Virus record (IMG/VR): IMGVR_UViG_3300022752_000032
Span: 39,450 to 103,449 of that record
Strand: one strand, 5' to 3'
DNA: 64,000 bases
From: a virus
Lineage: Duplodnaviria; Caudoviricetes
The notes beneath the pieces are model-generated. The model was not told the origin of the DNA. It saw nothing but the letters and a program-made list of their open reading frames with translations, and did no database searches. Position numbers and translations under genes: made by a program. This document shows positions 46,572 to 54,471 of this stretch, one piece after another (position 1 is the first letter of the stretch; each line of letters starts with the position of its first letter).

Positions 46572-47102
46572 TTAGTTTCTCCAAGCCTCAACGCTTGCCT
46601 CTTTAAGCCACTTCTCAAAGCGACCATTAAATAGGGCGTGCTTGCTTCTCTTGGTTCTAATCAAGTTAATGGCTTCATCTGCCGTATAACCTTCACGAAT
46701 AAGAACTAGAGCCATGATTAAACCTGAGCGGTTCATACCTGCTTGGCAACGAATTAAGACACGCTGACCACGCTTCCAATCCTCATGTGCCATGCGAACA
46801 ATTCCTTGTAGGTCATTTGGGTCAAAGTCTGCCATGTCGCTGTCATAAAATCCGAAACGGATTTCTTTGACAAACCAATCAACAGGATTAGCCCAAGCGT
46901 ATGCCGTAATTACCAAATCAAAATCCTTCTTAGTAATTGCTGGAGTTGCTAGTTGGTCGTGTATGTCATCATCATCAGTTCCACCCTGCCATAAGCCGGG
47001 AAGAACCTCTGACCATAACTCTTTTGGATAGTCAATCGTATAAGAGCGTGGTGCTATTTTTGTTTCTAATAGTTCTATTGCTTCATCTTGTAAAGAAAAC
47101 AT
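46572..47102 (-). CDS. Dual-specificity/tyrosine protein phosphatase
   Basis: EVLPGLWQG, VLIRCQAGMNRS (CX5R), AINLIRTKR. Confidence 0.9.
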   Translation of the reverse strand: MFSLQDEAIELLETKIAPRSYTIDYPKELWSEVLPGLWQGGTDDDDIHDQLATPAITKKDFDLVITAYAWANPVDWFVKEIRFGFYDSDMADFDPNDLQGIVRMAHEDWKRGQRVLIRCQAGMNRSGLIMALVLIREGYTADEAINLIRTKRSKHALFNGRFEKWLKEASVEAWRN

Positions 47103-47139
47103 TTAGTTCCCCCCTTTCTTTTTGTATTTTAGTAAATAA

Positions 47140-47316
47140 TTAGACTTTTGTCAAATTACTTTTTTTATCTAATTGTTTTTGTATTGCCTTGTTTATTATA
47201 TTGTTTAAGAAATCAGCAGTTGCTTGATACTCCTTAGCACTACGGCGTCTTTTGTGCCTCATGTGTTTAATACGACCATAAGTTCCTACTATCGCACTAT
47301 CAGGTAAGCCTCTCAT
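47140..47316 (-). CDS. Small basic protein
   Basis: Start reassigned to ATG 47316 behind AAAGGGGG. Confidence 0.6.
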   Translation of the reverse strand: MRGLPDSAIVGTYGRIKHMRHKRRRSAKEYQATADFLNNIINKAIQKQLDKKSNLTKV

Positions 47317-47347
47317 TGAGTCCCCCTTTCTCCTACCTTGTTTCGTA

Positions 47348-47376
47348 AGATTAGCACCTTCCTGACTTTTTGTCAA
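47348..47376 (-). promoter_or_regulatory. Promoter with GTCAGGAAGG spacer
   Basis: TTGACA-AAAAGTCAGGAAGGTGC-TAATCT. Confidence 0.7.
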
Positions 47377-47599
47377 GAAGGCAACAATTTCCATAGTTGA
47401 CCTTCAGAAAAAGCGCTGACTTCCTACGCTCACTTTGAGCCCGCTTTGAAATCTACAAACAACTTACGCAGCGGCAAATAGCCAGGCTGCTGTATTTTTT
47501 TACTTTTTGCTATGACCATGCTGTTGTCAGTCCAGATTTACAAACAACTTTTGGATCTGCATACCGCCTAGACGAAAAAAATGTAAAGGTTTTTACAAT

Positions 47600-47630
47600 A
47601 AAAAAACTCCCTGCCGTAAGGCAAGGAGTT
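47600..47630 (-). terminator. Intrinsic terminator
   Basis: AACTCCTTGCC-TTAC-GGCAGGGAGTT followed by a T run. Confidence 0.8.
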
Positions 47631-47644
47631 AGTTTGATTTTATG

Positions 47645-47737
47645 TTAGGCAGATTCGCAGTCGTGTCCGTAGGCGTATTCCTCACGAGTCATTGTTTGTG
47701 AGCACTCTACGCACTTTATTGTTAGTAGATTTATCAT
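47645..47737 (-). CDS. 30-aa CxxC...HxC microprotein
   Basis: Manual ORF MINLLTIKCVECSQTMTREEYAYGHDCESA; TAATG coupling. Confidence 0.6.
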   Translation of the reverse strand: MINLLTIKCVECSQTMTREEYAYGHDCESA

Positions 47738-48045
47738 TAGTTCCCCTCGTATTCTTCATGTTCACCCTGTCCTATTAGGATTTCGAAGCCAGCGTTTGGA
47801 TCTATGTGGTTAGTAGTAACCGCTTGAATAAATCTAAGCCCGCAAGAATTTGAATACCAGTTTTGCAAGGTTGTTAGCATTTCTTCAGGTGTGCAATATG
47901 TGCTTCTAATTAGTGGGTCATACTCGTAGCCACGCATTGTTTCTACCTGCTCATCGTCCATTAGCAAGTAAATCTTGTGGCAACTATCCCAAGCGATAGC
48001 CTTAGCATCGCCAACTCTTTCTTTTACTAGGTCGAAGTTCGCCAT
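47737..48045 (-). CDS. Hypothetical protein
   Basis: IAWDSCHKIY...SCGLRFI; GAGGGGG RBS. Confidence 0.7.
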   Translation of the reverse strand: MANFDLVKERVGDAKAIAWDSCHKIYLLMDDEQVETMRGYEYDPLIRSTYCTPEEMLTTLQNWYSNSCGLRFIQAVTTNHIDPNAGFEILIGQGEHEEYEGN

Positions 48046-48182
48046 TTTATTTCCCCCTCTTTCAATACAGATACTATCATGTTAATAAGTTGTTGGCAAG
48101 TATGTTGCTCTGGTGTTTCTTCCTAGCAAAAAGTAAAAAAATATATCTTCAGGTGTCAGTTGAGTCAGATCGAAACAACTTT

Positions 48183-48755
48183 TTAAGATCCGAAGTGCTG
48201 TACCGCAATATTGATCGGCAGCCCTGTGCTTGGATCTAACTTGGCAGCGATAGTTATTGCTTGTCTAATAACATTCTTGGCTGTGCCTAAGGTTTTCTTT
48301 TTGCTGTCTAGGCTTGCCAGCATTGCTCCCATTGCGTATCCACCACCAGAACCTATGGCATATACGCCTGTTTCATCATGTGCCCAAGAATAGTCATCAC
48401 CAATTTCGTAGATAGTTCCATTAACCGCAACCATTACTTGAGAGTCATGCTCTCCATCTTTGCTGTAAGAGTTTTCCTCGAAGCAGTGTTTCATATCTTG
48501 GATAAAGACTGAGGAGATAAACTTGTCTAACTTTGCCCCGTAAAGGTTTGGATTTATGGCAGGTGGCTTAAAAACATGTGTAAGTATGTTAATGGCACGC
48601 ATATCTCCAGCCGCGCCAATTAAGTATGGACCGTTTCTATTTACTTTTCCATTGTCTTTAGGCAGCGTATAGATCTTGCTATTGTCTTCAGTCAGTCTTG
48701 CGTCATACCCTATGGCAGCCCAGTTCTCTCCCTGTATCGCTGCAATAGTTGTCAT
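48183..48755 (-). CDS. Ntn-hydrolase, proteasome-beta/HslV-like peptidase
   Basis: N-terminal MTTIAA nucleophile, LIGAAGD, YAIGSGGGYAMG. Confidence 0.85.
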   Translation of the reverse strand: MTTIAAIQGENWAAIGYDARLTEDNSKIYTLPKDNGKVNRNGPYLIGAAGDMRAINILTHVFKPPAINPNLYGAKLDKFISSVFIQDMKHCFEENSYSKDGEHDSQVMVAVNGTIYEIGDDYSWAHDETGVYAIGSGGGYAMGAMLASLDSKKKTLGTAKNVIRQAITIAAKLDPSTGLPINIAVQHFGS

Positions 48756-48787
48756 AGTCTTTTCCCCAATTGTTTTTTACTTTTTGC

Positions 48788-49033
48788 TTAGTCTAAAAAC
48801 CCGTCCCACAAGTCTTCTCTAAGTTTTTCATACTTATCTCCGTGATATCCATTGTTTCTTGCAGAAATATCTTCATCTCTAAGTAGAGAGTCTAGCGAAA
48901 GAACAGCAGTAAAGTCCCTCTCGTCAAACATGATAACAATTTTTGTATCTCCATCAGCGGGATCATCAACAAGGGCGGCAATAAAGGGAACGGCAGAACC
49001 ATTTGAGTGGTAATACTTATCTACAATCTCCAT
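48788..49033 (-). CDS. Hypothetical acidic protein
   Basis: 81-aa ORF. Confidence 0.6.
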   Translation of the reverse strand: MEIVDKYYHSNGSAVPFIAALVDDPADGDTKIVIMFDERDFTAVLSLDSLLRDEDISARNNGYHGDKYEKLREDLWDGFLD

Positions 49034-49084
49034 GGTTAAAAAATACCCTACTCTCGAAAGGGTGATTTTGTTGGATTAAACACC

Positions 49085-49183
49085 AAACCCCCCAGATCGG
49101 TGGGGGGTCGGCGGAGCAAGAAGGGGTGTTTTCTGCTCTCAACTCGGGACGGAAAAGGGGATTAACCGCTACCCAAGGTGAGA
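49085..49183 (-). ncRNA. Candidate small RNA with C-rich loops (6C-like)
   Basis: Two hairpins with loops TTAATCCCCTTTT and AACACCCC, then terminator-like ACCCCCCA/TGGGGGGTTT; G-U pairs favour the minus strand; TAAACT -10 at 49187-49192. Confidence 0.55.
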
Positions 49184-49227
49184 ATTAGTTTAGCCTGATT
49201 TTTTACTTTTTATTTGCTCAGGTGCTC

Positions 49228-49575
49228 TTAAATCTTATCAACTATGGATATAGGGACTACGGCATTGGCAGAGTAAATCTCCCCCTTCGAGTTTGTTCTA
49301 GCGAACCTACCTTTAGGTTTATCAAAAGTAATAGTGATTTTACTTCTCCTAATAGCAACCACAGTTCCCTCATCTCCTATCAAAGACTTAGTTCCGCAAC
49401 TACTATTTAGAACAATCCTATCTCCAACTACAAAATCCTTTATATCCGCATCTGCCCTCACGATACTTAATCGCTCCTCTATAAGTTTTTTAAGGGGAAC
49501 TAGTTGTTTGTCTAGTTCTCCTCTAGAAACGGCATTACAGGTTTCATCAAACAAGTCTATGGAAGTCTTAATCAT
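49228..49575 (-). CDS. Hypothetical SH3/KOW-like protein
   Basis: FVVGDRIV...GTVV pattern. Confidence 0.65.
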   Translation of the reverse strand: MIKTSIDLFDETCNAVSRGELDKQLVPLKKLIEERLSIVRADADIKDFVVGDRIVLNSSCGTKSLIGDEGTVVAIRRSKITITFDKPKGRFARTNSKGEIYSANAVVPISIVDKI

Positions 49576-49816
49576 CTTTTATTTTCATCTCCTCTTCTAA
49601 CATCACTTTTAAGATTTCTAATTTTATTATGTGATACCTGCTTCTCTTCTTGTCAAAGTTGTCCGCAATCAAAAATTCTGTGTGATACTTAATCATTTCA
49701 AGTATCCTTTCTTTCTTAGAAAGTTTTCCAAATCTGTCGTATTCGTCTTTAGCAGGTCTTGTTAATTGTGCCTTTGTTTGCGACCTTATTGATATGCTTT
49801 GTTTTGTTTCGCTCAT
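49568..49816 (-). CDS. Hypothetical protein
   Basis: Coupled ORF. Confidence 0.6.
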   Translation of the reverse strand: MSETKQSISIRSQTKAQLTRPAKDEYDRFGKLSKKERILEMIKYHTEFLIADNFDKKRSRYHIIKLEILKVMLEEEMKIKDD

Positions 49817-50034
49817 ACTTCTACCCCTTCTTCATCTACAACCCCAATACTATTAGCAACTGACGCTACATCAAAGCCGTAGTATTCGTTCATGAATACA
49901 GACGCAACACGAACCGCAAAGTCATTATCTACTTCGCCCTCATTTCTTAGTTTCTCATCTAAGACTACAGTAGTCATTAGCGTAAAAAAATCACCAACAA
50001 ACATTACTGTTCGGCTTGGAAGTATGTTATCCAT
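49813..50034 (-). CDS. Hypothetical protein
   Basis: Coupled ORF. Confidence 0.6.
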   Translation of the reverse strand: MDNILPSRTVMFVGDFFTLMTTVVLDEKLRNEGEVDNDFAVRVASVFMNEYYGFDVASVANSIGVVDEEGVEV

Positions 50035-50194
50035 CTATTCCCTTTTCATAGTCAATCAAAGCCTTGAGTTGTTTCTCAGTTATCACACTAGTTAATCTAC
50101 CAACTAGATACTCAACAGCGTTCTTTCCGTAGTTATCTCTTACCAACTTAGCAAGAGTATCTACTGTGTATTCCAACTCTACTTCTTTAATCAT
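50027..50194 (-). CDS. 55-aa hypothetical protein
   Basis: Manual ORF MIKEVELEYTVDTLAKL...; fills the gap. Confidence 0.6.
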   Translation of the reverse strand: MIKEVELEYTVDTLAKLVRDNYGKNAVEYLVGRLTSVITEKQLKALIDYEKGIDG

Positions 50195-50199
50195 AGTTA

Positions 50200-50412
50200 T
50201 TACACCCTTTCCTTAACTGTCTGATAAATCATGTCGTAAGAATTTGTTAGACATGGAATTACAGACTCATACTCGTTAGCAACTTCAGCAAATACTTTAT
50301 CCGAAACCTCAAAGTGTTCGCCAATATAATACTGATAGATAACAGGCGAGTCTAAATTCTCTACCTTCATCAAGTTGTCAATCAACTCTCTAACTGTAAT
50401 GTGCCCAGCCAT
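50200..50412 (-). CDS. Hypothetical protein
   Basis: ITVRELIDNL...DSPV N-terminus common in small phage proteins. Confidence 0.65.
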   Translation of the reverse strand: MAGHITVRELIDNLMKVENLDSPVIYQYYIGEHFEVSDKVFAEVANEYESVIPCLTNSYDMIYQTVKERV

Positions 50413-50414
50413 GA

Positions 50415-50666
50415 TTACTCCTGCTCTCTTAAATGTTCAGCAATTGTTTCGGGGTCAGCCCCAGCGGTGATAAGCACCTTGCGCCAAAGGTTAGCAACTC
50501 CAATTTTGGTATCCATTAGAAAGAATAATTTATCCATAGAAGTATCCTTTTTATTTTTCCAGCCATCTATATCAGAGCCAAGCATTTCTAATAGCAATGC
50601 CAAACCCATATTTACGAAGCCCGCTTCCTCTTCGTTTAACTTTAGTTCTAATACCTCAGAGTTCAT
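50415..50666 (-). CDS. Hypothetical protein
   Basis: AAAAGGGG RBS and upstream promoter. Confidence 0.65.
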   Translation of the reverse strand: MNSEVLELKLNEEEAGFVNMGLALLLEMLGSDIDGWKNKKDTSMDKLFFLMDTKIGVANLWRKVLITAGADPETIAEHLREQE

Positions 50667-50733
50667 TTGTTTCCCCTTTCCCTGATATCCGTATTATTAC
50701 ATACTTTAGTCAATAAGTCAAACTACCTAATAA

Positions 50734-51210
50734 CTATATATTCCATTGACCCATCATTTTTCTAGATAATTCAATTCCGTCGTTGTCTAATTCCCAACAG
50801 CCCCAACTAATTGGCTCTGCTTGAGAATCAAATGTTAAATACAACTCATAATTTAAGTTATCGCCCAACCATAAACAAGCCTTATCCATCCATTCAGAGG
50901 CTTCATCTTCGTATCTTGCGGGAAGAGTTTCATCAAATTGTCTAGCGGTTAAATCAATTATCACTCCGCTTAATCCATAACTGTATAAAAATCTTTCATT
51001 ACCCTCTTGACCTATATCGGTGTAGATAGCCCAATGCTCTCTTTTTCCATAATTTGCACCAGTAATTCTAATTAAACCTTGATTATGTTTTTTTGCATAA
51101 AGTTTTGATTGCCACAAGCATTGACCAAACGCTTTAACCGGGTCGGCTATGCCTCTCGACATCAATCTTGGTGTTTTATTTATTTTCATAAAGCAGATAC
51201 TAACAGACAT
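50734..51210 (-). CDS. Hypothetical protein (GxC...H...IIDLTARQF)
   Basis: C/H/D arrangement suggests a papain-like/transglutaminase-type triad; tentative. Confidence 0.55.
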   Translation of the reverse strand: MSVSICFMKINKTPRLMSRGIADPVKAFGQCLWQSKLYAKKHNQGLIRITGANYGKREHWAIYTDIGQEGNERFLYSYGLSGVIIDLTARQFDETLPARYEDEASEWMDKACLWLGDNLNYELYLTFDSQAEPISWGCWELDNDGIELSRKMMGQWNI

Positions 51211-51292
51211 GTCCTACTTTGGCAAGTTGTTCTTAGTCGTGTCGCACTGGGCATCTTGGTAAATTTTTACTTTTTGCTATTACCGCATAAAG

Positions 51293-51319
51293 AAAAACCC
51301 CGCACTCAAGCGGGGCTTC
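51293..51319 (-). terminator. Intrinsic terminator
   Basis: CCCCGC-loop-GCGGGG followed by TTTTT on the minus strand. Confidence 0.75.
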
Positions 51320-51329
51320 TCCTTTTATT

Positions 51330-51794
51330 TTAGATTTCTTTTTCTGCGTGTTTCTTTGTGTCGGCAATTACTTTACTGTGGATAGCACTTCTCATCTCGG
51401 AGAAAGCACTTGCTTCCCAAGCGGTTTCATAAACACGAACTAAAAGTTTTGTTAGTGGGTGTTTATCATCTATCTCTAACGCTTTATTTAGGTTATCTAA
51501 AGCAAGTTCGCTTTCCTCGTTCTCATATAAAAACGCTGAATAAATTGCGTATAGGTCAAGAAGTTCTGAACTATCCACTTCACTTATCATTTTTTTACAT
51601 AGAGAAATCATAAAAGGTAGTCCAAAGTCTTTCGGCATACCCATAAAGTAATCACGAAGTAGTAAATTTTTACTTAATGCTTTACTAGATATTTCTAACG
51701 CTTCTTTGTCTAACTCATTTGTTTCCATAAAGTTAGTGGCAAGAAAGTTAAAAGATTTTACTGCTTCACCTATTGTTATTGTCTTTGTAGTCAT
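51330..51794 (-). CDS. DUF4192-like/TPR-like helical protein
   Basis: LRDYF...ALDNLNKALEIDDKHPLTKLL. Confidence 0.55.
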   Translation of the reverse strand: MTTKTITIGEAVKSFNFLATNFMETNELDKEALEISSKALSKNLLLRDYFMGMPKDFGLPFMISLCKKMISEVDSSELLDLYAIYSAFLYENEESELALDNLNKALEIDDKHPLTKLLVRVYETAWEASAFSEMRSAIHSKVIADTKKHAEKEI

Positions 51795-51850
51795 TTTTCC
51801 CCTTGTTGTTGGGAAACCCCCGCAATTAAGCGGGGGCTTCTTTTTAATTA

Positions 51851-52255
51851 TTACCGAGTTGTTTTTAGAATTGTGTTGGTGCTTTGTGAAGTGAAAGCCT
51901 CAACAAGTGGTAGAAGTTCAGGATTTTCCTGTAAAAACTTTTCTTTATCAAAGTTCGTGCGAGTTTGTGTTCCTACTTTGATAACGGAAACTCCGTCAAT
52001 AGTGCCTTCCTCTGCGACACCTATCCATTTATCGCCTACCTTCTTGTATCCAAGAAGTGAGTAGATTTCGGATTGTAGTTCTTTGTATTGGGCTTCTAAG
52101 GTTGCCTTGTCTGCCTTGTTTGCCTCGAACTTCGCTAGAAGTTCTTTAGCATTAGTTTCGTCAAGAGCGATTACTTTTGTATCGTTCTTGATAGTTGTAG
52201 TTGTAGAGCGAATTGCTACTACTGTATCTACAACACCTTTGACTTTATTAGTCAT
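51851..52255 (-). CDS. Hypothetical protein
   Basis: Coiled coil followed by RTNFDKEKFLQENPEL. Confidence 0.7.
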   Translation of the reverse strand: MTNKVKGVVDTVVAIRSTTTTIKNDTKVIALDETNAKELLAKFEANKADKATLEAQYKELQSEIYSLLGYKKVGDKWIGVAEEGTIDGVSVIKVGTQTRTNFDKEKFLQENPELLPLVEAFTSQSTNTILKTTR

Positions 52256-52508
52256 TGTGTCTTTTTTCCTTTCGTTTTTGTAAGAGAGAGTTTCTCACTT
52301 ACATAACGCACAATACGCCCTTGTTCTAGGAAAGTCAAGTCTAAAAGTCAGGAAAGTCTAAAATATTTTTATGGACCTGGCAGCGGCAGCCAAGTGATTT
52401 TTTTACTTTTTGCTATGTTAGAGCCGCCAGGGCCGCAGACTTCCAAACAACTTTTACAAAAAAAAAGAAGATCCAGCGTTAGCCAGATCTTCTTTTGTGG
52501 GAAGTTTA

Positions 52509-52883
52509 TTATCTATACATGCTACTCATTAGATAGGCGGTAGGTATAACTTTTTTGTCATAGCCCAGCCAGTAAGCGACTTGCTCGTCAGTAAGACCTA
52601 AAGTCTCACCCTCAGCATCAACGCTTCCAGTAATAATTACATTACCTAGAATTGGATTACTCGCATTGAAAGCATCTGAGTAGATAGCCGAAGCAATCAT
52701 GTTTAACTCCAGACCTTCAGCGATGCCATTTTCATTGCACCATAAGTCCGCATCTTTTAAACTAACACACTCAATCATGCCACCTACGGCATCACTAAGT
52801 AGTTGATAAGACTTTTGAAACTCAAACTCAACGACGGACTTGTGTCCTTCTGTTGAAATGATTACTGCTTTTTGCTTTTCCAT
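52509..52883 (-). CDS. DUF3846-like protein
   Basis: AVGGMIECV...WCNENG...LNMIAS...ILGNVIITG. Confidence 0.8.
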   Translation of the reverse strand: MEKQKAVIISTEGHKSVVEFEFQKSYQLLSDAVGGMIECVSLKDADLWCNENGIAEGLELNMIASAIYSDAFNASNPILGNVIITGSVDAEGETLGLTDEQVAYWLGYDKKVIPTAYLMSSMYR

Positions 52884-52972
52884 TTTTCCCCTTTTCTTAC
52901 TGTTGATCTAATAATATCAGTTTAAAATAAAAAGTCAAGCAGCAACAACCACCTGATTTTTACTTTTTGCTT

Positions 52973-53110
52973 TTACGCTGAAACCAATACTCGTGGGTAG
53001 TGTGGTTTTTCTACTCCTTTGTCCCAGAAGCAAACCGCACCGCCCATACTGTCTATCCACAAATCAAAATCAGTTGTAATCTCCCAACCGCAACTTTGGC
53101 AAGTTATCAT
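52973..53110 (-). CDS. 45-aa CxxC...C...H microprotein
   Basis: Manual ORF MITCQSCGWEI...AVC...HYP; TAATG coupling. Confidence 0.6.
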   Translation of the reverse strand: MITCQSCGWEITTDFDLWIDSMGGAVCFWDKGVEKPHYPRVLVSA

Positions 53111-53334
53111 TACTCGTTCTCCAATCCGGCTGTCATACTCTCCCAGCACTTTGGGTGAGTTCCCGAAATAATTTGTTCTCTTAAAGATTTGTCTAGTTCA
53201 GGAAAAGCCTCTTGTATTGCCGCACCTCTTTTGTATTTCATATATCCTTCAGAAAAAACTTCTACAAACCCACCAGCACTACACATTAAACATGTTGGTG
53301 TCCGCATTAAAACTGTTGTATTACTTGTCATCAT
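53110..53334 (-). CDS. Small Zn-binding protein
   Basis: CLMC...IQEAFP...REQIISGTHPKCW. Confidence 0.7.
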   Translation of the reverse strand: MMTSNTTVLMRTPTCLMCSAGGFVEVFSEGYMKYKRGAAIQEAFPELDKSLREQIISGTHPKCWESMTAGLENE

Positions 53335-53345
53335 TACCCCTTATC

Positions 53346-53879
53346 TTAAAAGTGAAAGTCTACTGGAACAAGATATTGCTTTTCAGGATTTTTGTCAAGC
53401 CTATCCTTAAAGTATTGCAAGTTAGCCGTATGCTCTTGTAAGTCATATACGCCAGTATCAGAACACCAATCATTATTTAGTATCTTGGAAATTCTTTGTA
53501 GTCGCCACATATTCATACCACTATCGTCAAATCTTTGTTCGTAAGGATTATATTCAGATATTGATTTCTCTACATCAAACCCAATTCCTTTTTTCATTTC
53601 GTCCCAAAGGTTTTTGGCTTCAGTTATTCGGTAAGAAACAAACTCTTTAATAATGTCATCTGCTAAAACTTTATTCTCGGCGTAGCAAAGAACATCTCGG
53701 TTCTCTTCCCAGCCTAGAAACAATCCAGACCAGCGTCCAGCCAAACCCTCACCTAAACCTCCGTGCCAATCAGACCAAGCAGGGTAAGGAGTTTCCGCAT
53801 GGGTAATCGTGCCTCTTACATAACTCAGAGCCTCCTCTGCGCTATCAGCCTCTACTAACATAATCTGACATGTATGCAT
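53346..53879 (-). CDS. Hypothetical protein
   Basis: MH...WSDW...GRWSG...VDFHF pattern. Confidence 0.75.
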   Translation of the reverse strand: MHTCQIMLVEADSAEEALSYVRGTITHAETPYPAWSDWHGGLGEGLAGRWSGLFLGWEENRDVLCYAENKVLADDIIKEFVSYRITEAKNLWDEMKKGIGFDVEKSISEYNPYEQRFDDSGMNMWRLQRISKILNNDWCSDTGVYDLQEHTANLQYFKDRLDKNPEKQYLVPVDFHF

Positions 53880-53928
53880 TTTTTACTTTTTCCCCTTTCG
53901 CTTTAAATATATTATTTCATAATAGTCT

Positions 53929-54381
53929 TTATTTGTCAAGCATGTCAGGCATGCCAAGAAGTGTCTCCGCATTGAAATACTCCGCATAGACATACTCTTT
54001 TGCCATATCAATAGCCTCGTTCAACATGTGACTTGGCATATCAAAGTGTTCTCCGTAGCAGTAAAGGTCAAACCAAGAGTTCATATCCATAACTAGGCTC
54101 TCGTCCTCAGTTGCTTTATGAAACTTAGTGTCCGTATCAAAGCCGCCTAATATTAAATCCGCACCGCCCGTGTAATACTGATCTGTGCTTCGGTTATATA
54201 TTTTTGTATCTCCGTCGCAATAAATATCAACGGCAAAGCCTTCATATAAAACTGTGGCTATATGACCTTCACCAGCATAGAAACAAGCATCAAATCTTGT
54301 GATGCCATAAGTTTTAAGTCCAGCCGAAGGCAACATGTGAGATGCGTATTTAATAACAAACTTGCTTTCATCTCTTTCCAT
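53929..54381 (-). CDS. Hypothetical protein
   Basis: Probable start ATG 54381 directly after a repeat core. Confidence 0.6.
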   Translation of the reverse strand: MERDESKFVIKYASHMLPSAGLKTYGITRFDACFYAGEGHIATVLYEGFAVDIYCDGDTKIYNRSTDQYYTGGADLILGGFDTDTKFHKATEDESLVMDMNSWFDLYCYGEHFDMPSHMLNEAIDMAKEYVYAEYFNAETLLGMPDMLDK

Positions 54382-54471
54382 ATTTTTTACTTTTTGCTTT
54401 CGCCGCTGCCGCAAATAACTAGCAGAGTGAAACCCCAAAGGGGTGGAAGGAGTTCCACTCGTTCTTTTTGG

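Noticed and set aside
47451-47550. 32-nt variable spacers between conserved boxes read as a mini-CRISPR or TIGR-like array
   Set aside because: The flanks are two different short motifs, dispersed, sometimes inside genes and in both orientations; no identical tandem repeats and no effector gene seen.
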